The notes beneath the pieces are model-generated. The model was not told where the DNA came from and made no database searches. It was given only the letters and a program-made list of their open reading frames with translations. DNA of 64,000 nt from NCBI GenBank assembly GCA_964016885.1, contig OZ024764.1, forward strand, positions 13,516,001 through 13,580,000. Reading direction: 5' to 3'. How positions within the stretch are numbered: the stretch's first letter is position 1; each line of letters starts with the position of its first letter. The position numbers were made by a program, and so were the translations under genes. The stretch comes from Eledone cirrhosa (taxonomy: Eukaryota). Positions 15,594 to 32,897 of this stretch are shown one piece after another.

Positions 15594-15675
15594 TATATAT
15601 ATATATATATATTAGAAAGTGAGGTTTTTTTTACAAAATGAAAAATAACCGAGGTGTCCTACACGAGTGGAAGTA

Positions 15676-15991
15676 TAAAGAAAAAGGGATGAAATCGAAA
15701 ATGCAACTGAAGTCTTATTTTTTTTAAAAATATATATATTTATTTGGTTCCTTTACCGGTTTCGCAGTTCTTCTGCTTTTCAAAAGGTGAGTTGAGATGG
15801 AGGGTCTGTGGTTTTTCTCACATCTGTGGTTTTTCTCACAGATGTGAGAAAAACCACAGACCCTCCATCTCAACTCACCTTTTGAAAAGCAGAAGAACTG
15901 CGAAACCGGTAAAGGAACCAAATAAATATATATATTTAAAAAAAAAATAAGACTTCAGTTGCATTTTCGATTTCATCCCTTTTTCTTTATA
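15676..15991. repeat. Inverted repeat (about 150-bp arms) with variant hammerhead-like motif cctt-ttgaaaa-gcag aagaa ctgc-GAAAC-cgGTA-aagg
   Basis: The near-identical ORFs on opposite strands (15724-15921 minus, 15744-15950 plus) reflect the palindrome. Confidence 0.9.
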
Positions 15992-16294
15992 TATATATAT
16001 ATATAGATAAATATACACGGATGTATGATTGTGTATAGAAGATTATATTAATAAGAGGAATTCCAACTTTGTTTGATTTACTCGTTTTATTTACAATCCT
16101 TTAAAATTTATAATGGTATTATAATGATAGAATATTAAATGTTAAGTGTTAATTGAACAAGTACTTTCATGATTTCGCAATCTTCAGGTTCATAATGTGT
16201 GGTGACAGTCAAGTTTGCAATTTTCAACTGATATTACTCAATATCGAGTTCTCATTTCTCTCAGCTGTCAACCACATACGGATATATGTATATT

Positions 16295-16654
16295 AGGGTG
16301 GCCCTTAGCAATAGGTAATTTTCCGAAAGTTAAAATTCAGGTGTTTGCCCTATACCTGCGCTCTGTACCCAGCTTTGCAAGTTGCCTTCCCCATTATATT
16401 TATTGTCACTTATCCTTCTAATACCAAGAATATGTCTGAACAAATTTTTTATTTATTTAAGAGAATATTATATAAGAAATAAAAAATTTCTATGTGAAAA
16501 AATGAATTTCCAGGTGAAAACTTCAAATTTTCATGAGGGTCGCCTTGTAGTTGTCCGATTGAGCTAAAGTTTTGCAGACATATGCCTCTTGTTACTTGGA
16601 ACAGGGGGGGGTGGGAACTAAACTTTTAGAAAAGTGTAAAGTAAGGGCTACCCT
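16295..16654. mobile_element. MITE-like element with 13-bp TIRs AGGGT(G/A)GCCCTTA
   Basis: agggtggccctta at 16295 and taagggctaccct ending 16654. Non-coding interior; superfamily not assigned. Confidence 0.55.
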
Positions 16655-16718
16655 CATATATAAGTTATTCCGGGTTCAATCGGAGGTAACCACAGTAAGT
16701 AAGGTACTCAATACATAG

Positions 16719-16870
16719 CAGAGTATAAAAGTTTTAATATAGAAGAGCTTCTACAGGGCTAGAACTGTTTCATTCGTGAGAAATCACCAGGGAGCTCCCT
16801 CATGATTTCTCACGAATGAAACCGTTCTAGTCCTGTAGAAGCTCTTCTATATTAAAACTTTTATACTCTA
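16719..16870. repeat. Palindrome with degenerate hammerhead cores (CTGGTGA / CTCATGA -tttc tcac gaat-GAAAC)
   Basis: Arms are reverse complements around agggagctccct. Confidence 0.85.
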
Positions 16871-16888
16871 TATGTATATATATATATC

Positions 16889-17460
<572 letters not shown>

Positions 17461-17467
17461 GTGTATA

Positions 17468-19600
<2,133 letters not shown>

Positions 19601-20107
19601 CATTTAACAAGTCCATCACCACTAGACACACACACACGGACACTCACACACACACATACACGCACACACACACAGACGCACACACGCACACAGACACACA
19701 CAAACATACACAAACACACACAAACACACACACACGGCGGACACACACACACACATAAACACAGGCACACACACAGAGGAGACTCACACACACACACACA
19801 GACAGACATGGACACACACACACACACACACACACAAAAACACACACACAGAGGAGACTCACACACATACACACAGACACACAGAGGAGACACACACACA
19901 CACACACACACATACAGACACACAAACGCACACACAGACACACAACGACAGACACACACAGAGGAGACTCACACAAACGCACACACATACAGACACAAAC
20001 GCACACACACACACATACAGACACAAACACACACAGACACACAGCGACACACAGAGGAGACTCACACACACACAGACACACACAGACACACACAGACACA
20101 CACACAG

Positions 20108-20146
<39 letters not shown>

Positions 20147-20290
20147 TAGAGACACGGACACACAGACACTCCAGAGCAGATCAAAACCTCATTTCCGGTG
20201 TGTTTACAGGGAACTCCCTACAAAATTTACAGTACAGACCCCTAGAATTATGATAAGTGGCCCCAACTGACCTCTCGTATTTTGTTAGTT

Positions 20291-20329
<39 letters not shown>

Positions 20330-20666
20330 TATATATATATATATATATTGTGTATATATTTTTATCTATTTGTACATATTGTTTTTTATATTCTATATAT
20401 ATATTATATATATATATATATTATATATATATAATATATATATTATATAATATATATTATATACATATATATATAATATACATATATAATATACATATAT
20501 ATATAATATATATAATATATATATATACATAATATATATATAATATATATATAATATATATATATAATATGCATATTATATATATGATATATATATAATA
20601 AATATATATATACATAATATATATATAATATATATATATGATATATATATAATATATATATTTATA

Positions 20667-20732
<66 letters not shown>

Positions 20733-20740
20733 GATATATA

Positions 20741-20802
<62 letters not shown>

Positions 20803-20814
20803 ATATATTCATAT

Positions 20815-20882
<68 letters not shown>

Positions 20883-20940
20883 TGTATATATATAAAGACC
20901 TATGAAATAACAACACCAACAATGAAACAATAGCACACAA

Positions 20941-20971
<31 letters not shown>

Positions 20972-20972
20972 A

Positions 20973-21039
<67 letters not shown>

Positions 21040-21091
21040 TTCGTTTTTGTATTTATTTACGTATTAATTTTCTTTTGTGTATATATATATA

Positions 21092-21148
<57 letters not shown>

Positions 21149-21198
21149 TACATATATATATATATATATAAGTATATATATATACATACATATATGTA

Positions 21199-21241
<43 letters not shown>

Positions 21242-21629
21242 TGTAGCTGTATATATCTTATTTAATATATATATTTTTTTGATTATTTTTTTACTATTTT
21301 TATCTATCATTTTACTATTATTATGTATCATTATATTATTGTTGTTGTTGTTATTGTTATTGTTGTTATTGTTTTTATCGTTATTGTTGTTATTATCATT
21401 ATTATTGTTGTTGTTGTTATTTTTGTGGTGGTTGGGGGGAGGGTAATTTAGGCTTTTTCTGTCTAAAATTCGCCATCATAGATTATGGCATAATGCACTG
21501 TATTACACTTTATTGCGCCACATCACACCACCCTACGCCACCACAGACCACACCACAACACACCAGAACACACCACAGCACACCACAACACAACACGCCA
21601 CCACGGACCACTCCTCACCACAACACAAC

Positions 21630-24600
21630 ACACCACACCACACCACTAAATGGCATTACATTACACCATATTATACAACACAGCATCAAATCACATTACA
21701 TCTATCGGTAGAGCGTCAAACACTATGTTTTACAACAGTCATGGGTAAACTGCGGTCCACGTGCCGCATGTGGCCCGTTCAGCTTTCAGAATTGCAGGCC
21801 TACTTTCACCACAACACAACACACCACAACACACCACACCACACCACTAAATGGCATTACATTACACCATATTATACAACACAGCATCAAACCACATTAC
21901 ATCTATCGGTAGAACGTCAAACACTATGTTTTACAACAGTCATGGGTAAACTGCGGCCCACGTGCCGCATGTGGCCCGTTTAGCTTTCAGAATTGCAGGC
22001 CTACTTTCACCACACCACAACACACCACAACACACCACACCACAACACACTAAATGGCATTACATTACACCATATTATACAACACAGCATCAAACCACAT
22101 TACATCTATCGGTAGAACGTCAAACACTATGTTTTACAGCAGTCATGGGTAAACTGCGGCCCACGTGCCGCATGTTGCCCCGTTTAGCTTTCAGAATTGC
22201 AGGCCTACTTTCACCACACCACAACACACCACAACACACCACACCACAACACACTAAATGGCATTACATTACACCATATTATACAACACAGCATCAAACC
22301 ACATTACATCTATCGGTAGAACGTCAAACACTATGTTTTACAGCAGTCATGGGTAAACTGCGGCCCACGTGCCGCATGTTGCCCCGTTTAGCTTTCAGAA
22401 TTGCAGGCCTACTTTCACCACACCACAACACACCACAACACACCACACCACAACACACTAAATGGCATTACATTACACCATATTATACAACACAGCATCA
22501 AACCACATTACATCTATCGGTAGAACGTCAAACACTATGTTTTACAGCAGTCATGGGTAAACTGCGGCCCACGTGCCGCATGTGGCCCGTTCAGCTTTCA
22601 GAATTGCAGGCCTACTTTCACCACAACACAACACACCACAACACACCACACCACACCACTAAATGGCATTACATTACACCATATTATACAACACAGCATC
22701 AAACCACATTACATCTATCGGTAGAACGTCAAACACTATGTTTTACAGCAGTCATGGGTAAACTGCGGCCCGCGTGCCGCATGTGGTCCGTTTAGCTTTC
22801 AGAATTGCAGGCCTACTTTCACCACAACACAACACACCACACCACACCACACCACACTAAATGGCATTACATTACACCATATTATACAACACAGCATCAA
22901 ACCACATTACATCTATCGGTAGAACGTCAAACACTATGTTTTACAACAGTCATGGGCAAACTGCGGCCCACGTGCCGCATGTCGCCCCGTTTAGCTTTCA
23001 GAATTGCAGGCCTACTTTCACTACAACACACCACACCACACACCACTAAATGGCATTACATTACACCATATTATACAACACAGCATCAAACCACATTACA
23101 TCTATCGGTAGAGCGTCAAACACTATGTTTTACAACAGTCATGGGTAAACTGCGGCCCACGTGCCGCATGTGGCCCGTTTAGCTTTCAGAATTGCAGGCC
23201 TACTTTCACCACACCACAACACACCACAACACACCACACCACAACACACTAAATGGCATTACATTACACCATATTATACAACACAGCATCAAACCACATT
23301 ACATCTATCGGTAGAACGTCAAACACTATGTTTTACAGCAGTCATGGGTAAACTGCGGCCCACGTGCCGCATGTTGCCCCGTTTAGCTTTCAGAATTGCA
23401 GGCCTACTTTCACCACAACACAACACACCACAACACACTACACCACACCACTAAATGGCATTACATTACACCATATTATACAACACAGCATCAAACCACA
23501 TTACATCTATCGGTAGAACGTCAAACACTATGTTTTACAACAGTCATGGGTAAACTGCGGTCCACGTGCCGCATGTGGCCCGTTCAGCTTTCAGAATTGC
23601 AGGCCTACTTTCACCACAACACAACACACCACACCACACCACACTAAATGGCATTACATTACACCATATTATACAACACAGCATCAAACCACATTACATC
23701 TATCGGTAGAACGTCAAACACTATGTTTTACAGCAGTCATGGGTAAACTGCGGTCCACGTGCCGCATGTGGCCCGTTCAGCTTTCAGAATTGCAGGCCTA
23801 CTTTCACCACAACACAACACACCACAACACACCACACCACTAAATGGCATTACATTACACCATATTATACAACACAGCATCAAACCACATTACATCTATC
23901 GGTAGAACGTCAAACACTATGTTTTACAGCAGTCATGGGTAAACTGCGGCCCACGTGCCGCATGTTGCCCCGTTTAGCTTTCAGAATTGCAGGCCTACTT
24001 TCACTACAACACACCACACCACACACCACTAAATGGCATTACATTACACCATATTATACAACACAGCATCAAACCACATTACATCTATCGGTAGAACGTC
24101 AAACACTATGTTTTACAACAGTCATGGGTAAACTGCGGCCCGCGTGCCGCATGTTTCCCCGTTTAGCTTTCAGAATTGCAGGCCTACTTTCACTACAACA
24201 CACCACACCACACACCACTAAATGGCATTACATTACACCATATTATACAACACAGCATCAAACCACATTACATCTATCGGTAGAACGTCAAACACTATGT
24301 TTTACAACAGTCATGGGTAAACTGCGGCCCGCGTGCCGCATGTTTCCCCGTTTAGCTTTCAGAATTGCAGGCCTACTTTCACCACAACACAACACACCAC
24401 AACACACCACACCACAACACACTAATTGGCATTACATTACACCATATTATACAACACAGCATCAAACCACATTACATCTATCGGTAGAACGTCAAACACT
24501 ATGTTTTACAGCAGTCATGGGTAAACTGCGGCCCGCGTGCCGCATGTTTCCCCGTTTAGCTTTCAGAATTGCAGGCCTACTTTCACCACAACACAACACA

Positions 24601-24770
24601 CCACAACACACCACACCACACCACTAAATGGCATTACATTACACCATATTATACAACACAGCATCAAACCACATTACATCTATCGGTAGAGCGTCAAACA
24701 CTATGTTTTACAACAGTCATGGGTAAACTGCGGCTCACGTGCCGCATGTGGCCCCGTTTAGCTTTCAAAA
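21630..24770 (+). repeat. About 190-205 bp satellite, 16 copies (CAC/CAA microsatellite + SINE head fragment + hAT MITE left end)
   Basis: ggg(t/c)aaactgcgg counted 16 times between 21743 and 24721. Confidence 0.9.
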
Positions 24771-24858
24771 TTGTCTTCAATTATTAAGTAGTGCGGACCG
24801 CCTTATGATGAGCCACATCCTAAGCGGCTCACTACTTAAAAAAGGTTGCCCATGCATG
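24715..24858. mobile_element. Short hAT (Charlie-like) MITE inserted in SINE S1
   Basis: Left end cagtcatgggtaaactgcggc, right end aaaaaggttgcccatgcatg. Approximate 8-bp TSD ttttaca(a/g) / ttttatag. Confidence 0.7.
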
Positions 24859-25003
24859 TTTTATAGCATAGAGTTGTGGCTCTTTACGTTCTGGGTTCAA
24901 ATCTCGCCAAGGTTAGCTTTACATTTCATCCTTACGGGGTCGATAGAATAAAGTACCAGTAATGCACTGGGGTAATTGCTGGCCTTGTGCCAAAAGTAGA
25001 AAC
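24857..25003 (+). mobile_element. 3' part of SINE S1 interrupted by a hAT-like MITE
   Basis: Continues the SINE from gcatagagtt onward; the 5' part lies before 24715. Confidence 0.8.
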
Positions 25004-25179
25004 ATTACTTCTAACTGTACCACACCACACTAAAGCACTCAACACAACACTATACAGTAGCACATCATCCAACACTACACCACACTACACCACACCATAC
25101 CACGACACACTACACCACACCACACCACACTACACCATTGCCCATTGCACCATACTACACCACACTACACTATACCACA

Positions 25180-25224
<45 letters not shown>

Positions 25225-25407
25225 ATTTAGCGTCGAGGATAGCTGTACACAGATATGTAATGGAATTTCGTATTTCTAAAGAAATACGGTATGTTTATAA
25301 ATAAACATTTAGAAAGCCGTAGCTACGTAACATTTAAGGTTCGTATCGTGATATAAATTTAAGAGTTCTTTATACCGCATACGAACGCTTTAAGCGCATC
25401 CCACACC

Positions 25408-25478
<71 letters not shown>

Positions 25479-25572
25479 AACCAGTAAGACCCCGACGGCT
25501 GAGCTCAAGCCGTTTCGACGGCTAATTCTGGTGCGTTATGGTCCACCTGGTTCCTTACCACATTTCCTTCGT

Positions 25573-25675
<103 letters not shown>

Positions 25676-25721
25676 AAGTTAAATAAAAAGTCAAATGTTT
25701 AAAATTTAGCTTCGTTTATTA

Positions 25722-25774
25722 CTGCTATATATATTTCAGTGACAGCCATCTTTGGCTGTGACCTCTTCAGGCAG
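25722..25774 (-). ncRNA. Type I hammerhead ribozyme motif, family D
   Basis: Reverse strand ctgc-CTGAAGA-ggtcacagcca aaga tggctgtcact-GAAA-tatatATA-gcag. Helix I ctgc/gcag. Confidence 0.85.
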
Positions 25775-26068
25775 TCCGAATTAGTGTGGTATAGACAACT
25801 ATTTGAGTATATGTTGGTTGTATACCAACACCTCAGTATGCAGGCTGGAGCACTCGACGAAGTGCGCAGGTTGGTTTGGTTACTCCGGAGTGATGTAAAA
25901 TAAAGTTAAATAAAAAGTCAACATCTCTCTCTCTCTATATATAGATATATATATGTAGGAGGTGAGTTTTATTGTAGTACAATAAAGCAATGCAAATATC
26001 GGATAAGTAGCACTCTACAGTTTGTAGGACTGGAGTATAAATAATATAAAATCAAAAGATGGTTAAAA

Positions 26069-26148
26069 GAGTTGCAAGTATTTTATTATGCGCATAATAA
26101 AACAAATATCATCATGGGATGATATTTGCGTTCTCATCAGATAAAATA
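26069..26148 (-). ncRNA. Disabled hammerhead, family B (GAAA lost)
   Basis: Reverse strand keeps tattttat-CTGATGA and helix II, but the GAAA region is replaced by the palindrome ttttattatgcgcataataaaa. Confidence 0.6.
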
Positions 26149-26272
26149 GGGAAACATGATATGAAGCTTAAAAAACACTTGTGAGCATGAAGTTTTAAAT
26201 CAACACATTTTGAGTTTCTATATGTTGATTTAAAACTTCACTCCTATATATATGTATATATATATGTATATA

Positions 26273-26342
<70 letters not shown>

Positions 26343-26344
26343 GG

Positions 26345-26391
26345 ATCGTCCTGACGAGAATCAGTTCAGATCGAAAATCAGCATCGGCGAT
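26345..26391 (+). ncRNA. Hammerhead ribozyme motif, family E
   Basis: atcgtc-CTGACGA-gaatc agttca gatc-GAAA-atcagcATC-ggcgat. Helix I atcgtc/ggcgat, extendable by aggga/tccct. Helix III is imperfect. Confidence 0.65.
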
Positions 26392-26854
26392 TATCTCCCT
26401 TGCTTCTGTTGGACACCACTAGATATTACTGGTATAGTTATAAAAATCTCTCAAATAGGGGTTTCATGTTACGACGCCCCCTAATAAAACAGAGACTTCC
26501 AAATAACCCTTATATACACACACACATATACACATATACATGTAGAGACATGCTTAACCATTATATACACACACACACACACACACACTTATATACATAT
26601 ACACATATGCATATAGAGACATGTATACACACACTTAGATATATAGATACATACATATATACACATACACAGACACAAACACAAACACTCTCGCATATAC
26701 ACATATACATATGTAGATACACGTACACATATACACACACAGGTAAACATGTTACATCCACATGCAGACTGATGCACATACACACACACACTTCACATAT
26801 TCAGTGCAGACACACATATACACATAATTGTCACATACACACACACACATACAA

Positions 26855-26921
<67 letters not shown>

Positions 26922-26923
26922 GG

Positions 26924-26954
<31 letters not shown>

Positions 26955-27135
26955 ATTGATATATATATATACCTGCATATACATATATATATATATATTT
27001 ATATATATATACATATATATACATATATATATTTATATATATATATGTATATATATATCTGCATATATATATATACATATATATATTTATATACATGCAT
27101 ATATATATTTATATATATACATACATATATATATT

Positions 27136-27185
<50 letters not shown>

Positions 27186-27669
27186 TACATATATATAGAT
27201 ATACATACACACACACACACATATATATATATATACATATACGCACACATACATATATATATATATATACACACATACATATATAAATATATATACTCAC
27301 ACACACACATATATGTATACACATATGTATACGCACTTATATATGCACAGTTACACACACTCACACACTCAATCATCCCCACACATCCATATACACATAC
27401 ACAACACGCACGCAACTACACCCAAACACATACACAACACGCACATACCTACACAAACACAAATACACACACACACACAACTACACACAAACTCATATAT
27501 ACACGTACACACACATACACAACACATACACAACACACACAAACTCAACTACACACACATACACAACACACAAACAGCACACACACACACACGCAACTAC
27601 ACACACACTCACATACACACGTACACACAGAGCCACACACACACACATACACATATACACACATACACA

Positions 27670-27700
<31 letters not shown>

Positions 27701-28128
27701 TCATACACACACACATACACACACATACACACACACACATACCCACACATACACACATACACACACACCTACACATACACATACACACACATACATACAC
27801 ACACATACACACACATACATACACATACACACACACACACTTCACCCAATCACCGAGGGATGTTTTCTCCGCCAAAACAAACAAACAAACAAACAAACAA
27901 ACAACAACAACAACAACAGCAACAACAACAACAACAACAACAGCAGCAGCAGTAACACCAAAAAAGGTGTTTGAATAAACGGGCATAAGCCAACCATTTC
28001 TTGTTGATAATTATGATTCCAAAACCGGAAGTTGTATGCCATAACGGAAGTATAAAAAAATTGCATTTGATATTCCCTTTTGCTGGCAAAATTTCATGGC
28101 CTGGGGGTCTTTTATTCGTGTGTATTTA

Positions 28129-28181
<53 letters not shown>

Positions 28182-28260
28182 GTGTCTGTGTATGTATATG
28201 TGTGTGTATATATATATATATATGTATCTGTATATGTGTGTACGTGTATGTATATGTGGG

Positions 28261-28291
<31 letters not shown>

Positions 28292-28342
28292 GTGTATATA
28301 TATATGTGTGTATGTATATGTATATATATATATATGTGTGTG

Positions 28343-28382
<40 letters not shown>

Positions 28383-28742
28383 TGTATGTATATATGTGTG
28401 TATATGTATATATATATGTGTCTATGTGTATTTATGTGTGTATGTATTTATGTGTGTATGTATATATGTGTGTATATATATATGTGTATATGTATATATA
28501 TATATATATATATATGTGTGTCTATGTGTATTTATGTGTGTATGTATATGTATGTATAGATATTTGTGTATGTGTATATATATATATATACGTGTCTATG
28601 TGTGTATGTATGCATTACATGTGTATATATATGTTTATATATGCTTATATATATATATATGTTTATGCATTTGTTTATATATACACATATATATATATAT
28701 ATATATGTATATAAATGTATATAATTAGTAGTAGTAGTAGTT

Positions 28743-28786
<44 letters not shown>

Positions 28787-28900
28787 GGTGGTAGAAAGTT
28801 CGGTGTTGTAAGGTGAGTTGTACCATCTGATGATGTATGCGGCGGTAAAATTTTATGGAAAATGCCTCCAGCATTTATTATTGTTAAAGATCTCACGAGT

Positions 28901-28967
<67 letters not shown>

Positions 28968-28984
28968 CTATAGTGAGAGGGGGC

Positions 28985-29025
<41 letters not shown>

Positions 29026-29125
29026 TGAAGAAAAAATATATTTAAAACTTCCAGAAAAATCAGACAGAATCACGTTTGGCAATGTATATATATATATATG
29101 TGTGTGTATGAATGAGTGTGTGTGC

Positions 29126-29159
<34 letters not shown>

Positions 29160-29782
29160 CTATATATGTATATATATATAAATATATATATATATATGCA
29201 TATATATATATATCTATACATATTCATATATATGTATGATGACACTGGTGATGATGCGCATGATGGTGCTGATAGCGTTGATGACAACGGCGATGATGAT
29301 GATAATATTGAAATTGGTGATGATGTAGATGATGATGATGATAATAATTTTGACGATAACGACGACGATAACGATGACAATGATGACATTTGTGATGATG
29401 CGCATGATGGTGATGGTAGCGATGATGACAAACGACGATGATGATGATAATGTTTCTTTTTATTTATTTAATCCAATCTATTTGTTTTAGTTTTGTTAGA
29501 AAATTGCCTTGTAGCATTTTTAAATCCTCGCCACCTTTTCCCCCCTCTCCACATCACCACCTTCCTCCTTCCACTCCTCTCCAGACCCTCCCCTTCCCTT
29601 CTCCTTATTTCGACGTCTCCATCTTTTCTTTCGTTTTTTTTTTGGGGGGGGGGGGGGGGCGCCTCATTCACCCCTTTCTGTCTTTGTTTGTTTGTTTGTT
29701 ACTTTGGGTTCTTTCCTTCCTTTTCTCTTTTCTTTCCTTCCTTCCATTACACATACATCTCTCTCTCTCCCTCTCTCTATAA

Positions 29783-29826
<44 letters not shown>

Positions 29827-30084
29827 CATATGTATATATATATATATACATATGTATGTGTATATATATATATATATATGTGTATCTATATATATATGTA
29901 TATATATATGCGTATATATATATGCATATATATGTATATATATATGTATATATATATATATATTTGTGTGTAAGTATATATGTTTGTTTATATATCGATG
30001 TATATATATATGTATATATATATATATGTATATATATGTATATAAATATATGTATATGAATATATGTATATATGTATATATATG

Positions 30085-30120
<36 letters not shown>

Positions 30121-30144
30121 CATATATGTATATATATATGTATA

Positions 30145-30182
<38 letters not shown>

Positions 30183-30183
30183 C

Positions 30184-30217
<34 letters not shown>

Positions 30218-30218
30218 G

Positions 30219-30249
<31 letters not shown>

Positions 30250-30337
30250 GTATATATGCAAATATACATACATAATAAATTACAGTTAAAAGCAGGAATA
30301 TATATATACACATCCAAAACAACATCTACACCCCCCC

Positions 30338-30379
<42 letters not shown>

Positions 30380-30585
30380 GGTGTGGGTGTGTAGATGGGA
30401 GGGTATGAAGGAATTTGGCAGAGATGTGTGCCGGTTAGTGAAGCAAAGGGAGCGGTGGAGTGGGTCGATGGTCAAATTGTGTAATAGGAAGGAAGGAAGG
30501 GAGAGAGGGAGGGTGTGTGTAGAATGTAAACATGGAGAAATAACCATGGATAAATGCACACACACACACACACACACACACACCT

Positions 30586-30621
<36 letters not shown>

Positions 30622-30624
30622 CTT

Positions 30625-30667
<43 letters not shown>

Positions 30668-30702
30668 TTATATATATACACACACACACACACACGCACC
30701 TT

Positions 30703-30733
<31 letters not shown>

Positions 30734-30794
30734 CTTTATATATATATACACACACACACACACCTTTATATATACACACACACACACACACCTT

Positions 30795-30833
<39 letters not shown>

Positions 30834-30836
30834 CTT

Positions 30837-30869
<33 letters not shown>

Positions 30870-30979
30870 CTTTATACACACACACACACACACACACACC
30901 TTTATACACACACACATATATATATATATATATTAATTCAAAATATTAATAAATATAGACATTCATGTAATCAAATATA

Positions 30980-31041
30980 TTTTATTATACATATTTCAGA
31001 GGTACTGTGCTGTTTCCTCAGTACGTCCTCATCAGATAAAA
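30980..31041 (-). ncRNA. Type I hammerhead ribozyme motif, family A
   Basis: Reverse strand reads ttttat-CTGATGA-ggacgtactg...cagtacctct-GAAA-tatgtATA-ataaaa. Confidence 0.8.
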
Positions 31042-31098
31042 TTTATAAATTGAAGTCTGACATACCTCAACTGTGCTGATGGTTCAATGCCAGGCTTG

Positions 31099-31131
<33 letters not shown>

Positions 31132-31134
<3 letters not shown>

Positions 31135-31350
31135 GTGTGGTTGAGTGGTAAGAGAATTGGATTCACAATCGTGAGGTTGTGAGTTCGATTCCTGGACCAG
31201 GCGATGCGTTATGTCCTTGAGCAAGACACTTTATTTCACATTTCTCCTTCTACCCGGAGTTGCTTGCGACCGATAGATAGTATTAGCAATTGGAAAGACC
31301 AACGGAAACATTGTTTCCTCGGTCCGATTTGACGAAAGTCGATCGTTCCT
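31132..31350 (+). mobile_element. tRNA-derived SINE family S2 (CORE/V-type central motif)
   Basis: Box A tggttgagtgg, box B gagttcgattcc, then tgtccttgagcaagacactttatttcac. Second copy at 36635-36852. Confidence 0.8.
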
Positions 31351-31354
31351 TTTG

Positions 31355-31418
<64 letters not shown>

Positions 31419-31442
31419 TACGTATATATATATATATATATG

Positions 31443-31536
<94 letters not shown>

Positions 31537-31623
31537 TACATATATATATATATATATATATACATATGTATATATATATATATATATATATACATATGTA
31601 TATATATATATATATATATGTAC

Positions 31624-31668
<45 letters not shown>

Positions 31669-31901
31669 CATATATATATATATATACATATGTATATATG
31701 TATATACATATATATATACATATGTATATATATATATACATATGTATATATGTATATACATATGTACATACAGATAAACACACACATATAAATATATATA
31801 TATATGTATATATATATACATATATATATACATATATATATACATATGTATATACATATATATATACATATGTGTATATGTATATACACATGTACAGATA
31901 A

Positions 31902-31965
<64 letters not shown>

Positions 31966-31995
31966 GACTTTTGTAGCTTGCTTAAAGCATTGTTT

Positions 31996-32188
31996 AATAG
32001 GAAACAAAAATTTAAATTTGAAGACCAACACAATGTGCTATGAAGAATGTTGAATTGCCAACATAAGTAATGAATCTTTCCTTAGCAAATTTAACCATCT
32101 CCAAGGTAAGATTCTTTTGTTTTGTTGGCAATTGAACATTCTTCATACGCATTGTGTTGGTCTTCAAAATTTAAATTTGTGTTTCTTA
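31996..32188. repeat. Imperfect inverted repeat in a (TA)n-bounded island
   Basis: aaatttgaagaccaacacaatg...tatgaagaatgttgaattgccaaca is mirrored on the right. No ribozyme core seen. Confidence 0.8.
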
Positions 32189-32230
32189 TATATATGCGTG
32201 TGCGTATGTGTATATATATATATATGTATG

Positions 32231-32275
<45 letters not shown>

Positions 32276-32469
32276 GTGTATATGTATATGTGTATATATA
32301 TATATATATACTTGTATATATACATATATATATATATGTATACATATACATACATAAATGAATGTATTTATATATTTATATGTATATATGTATACACTTT
32401 ATACATATATATAGATATATGTGTATATGTAAACATTATATACATATATATATATTCGTATATATGTAT

Positions 32470-32500
<31 letters not shown>

Positions 32501-32542
32501 CACATATATATAAGTATATGTATATATGTACATATACATATA

Positions 32543-32604
<62 letters not shown>

Positions 32605-32621
32605 TATATATATATACACAC

Positions 32622-32654
<33 letters not shown>

Positions 32655-32706
32655 TATATAAATATATATGTATATATATACATATATACATATATATATA
32701 TATGTA

Positions 32707-32796
<90 letters not shown>

Positions 32797-32897
32797 ATAT
32801 ATAGTATTTAATACATCGAAAGCAGCTGGTTGGTTAGGATGAGATTAGAGTTACAAGTATGGTACTTAAGATGTTAAACTGCAAATACCACGAAACA

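Noticed and set aside
15724-15950. Identical short ORFs on both strands
   Set aside because: A consequence of the DNA palindrome, not a gene pair.
21513-24787. ORFs repeating KWHYITPYYTTQ...MGKLRPTCRM
   Set aside because: Frame changes from unit to unit, and the sequence is SINE/MITE-derived satellite.
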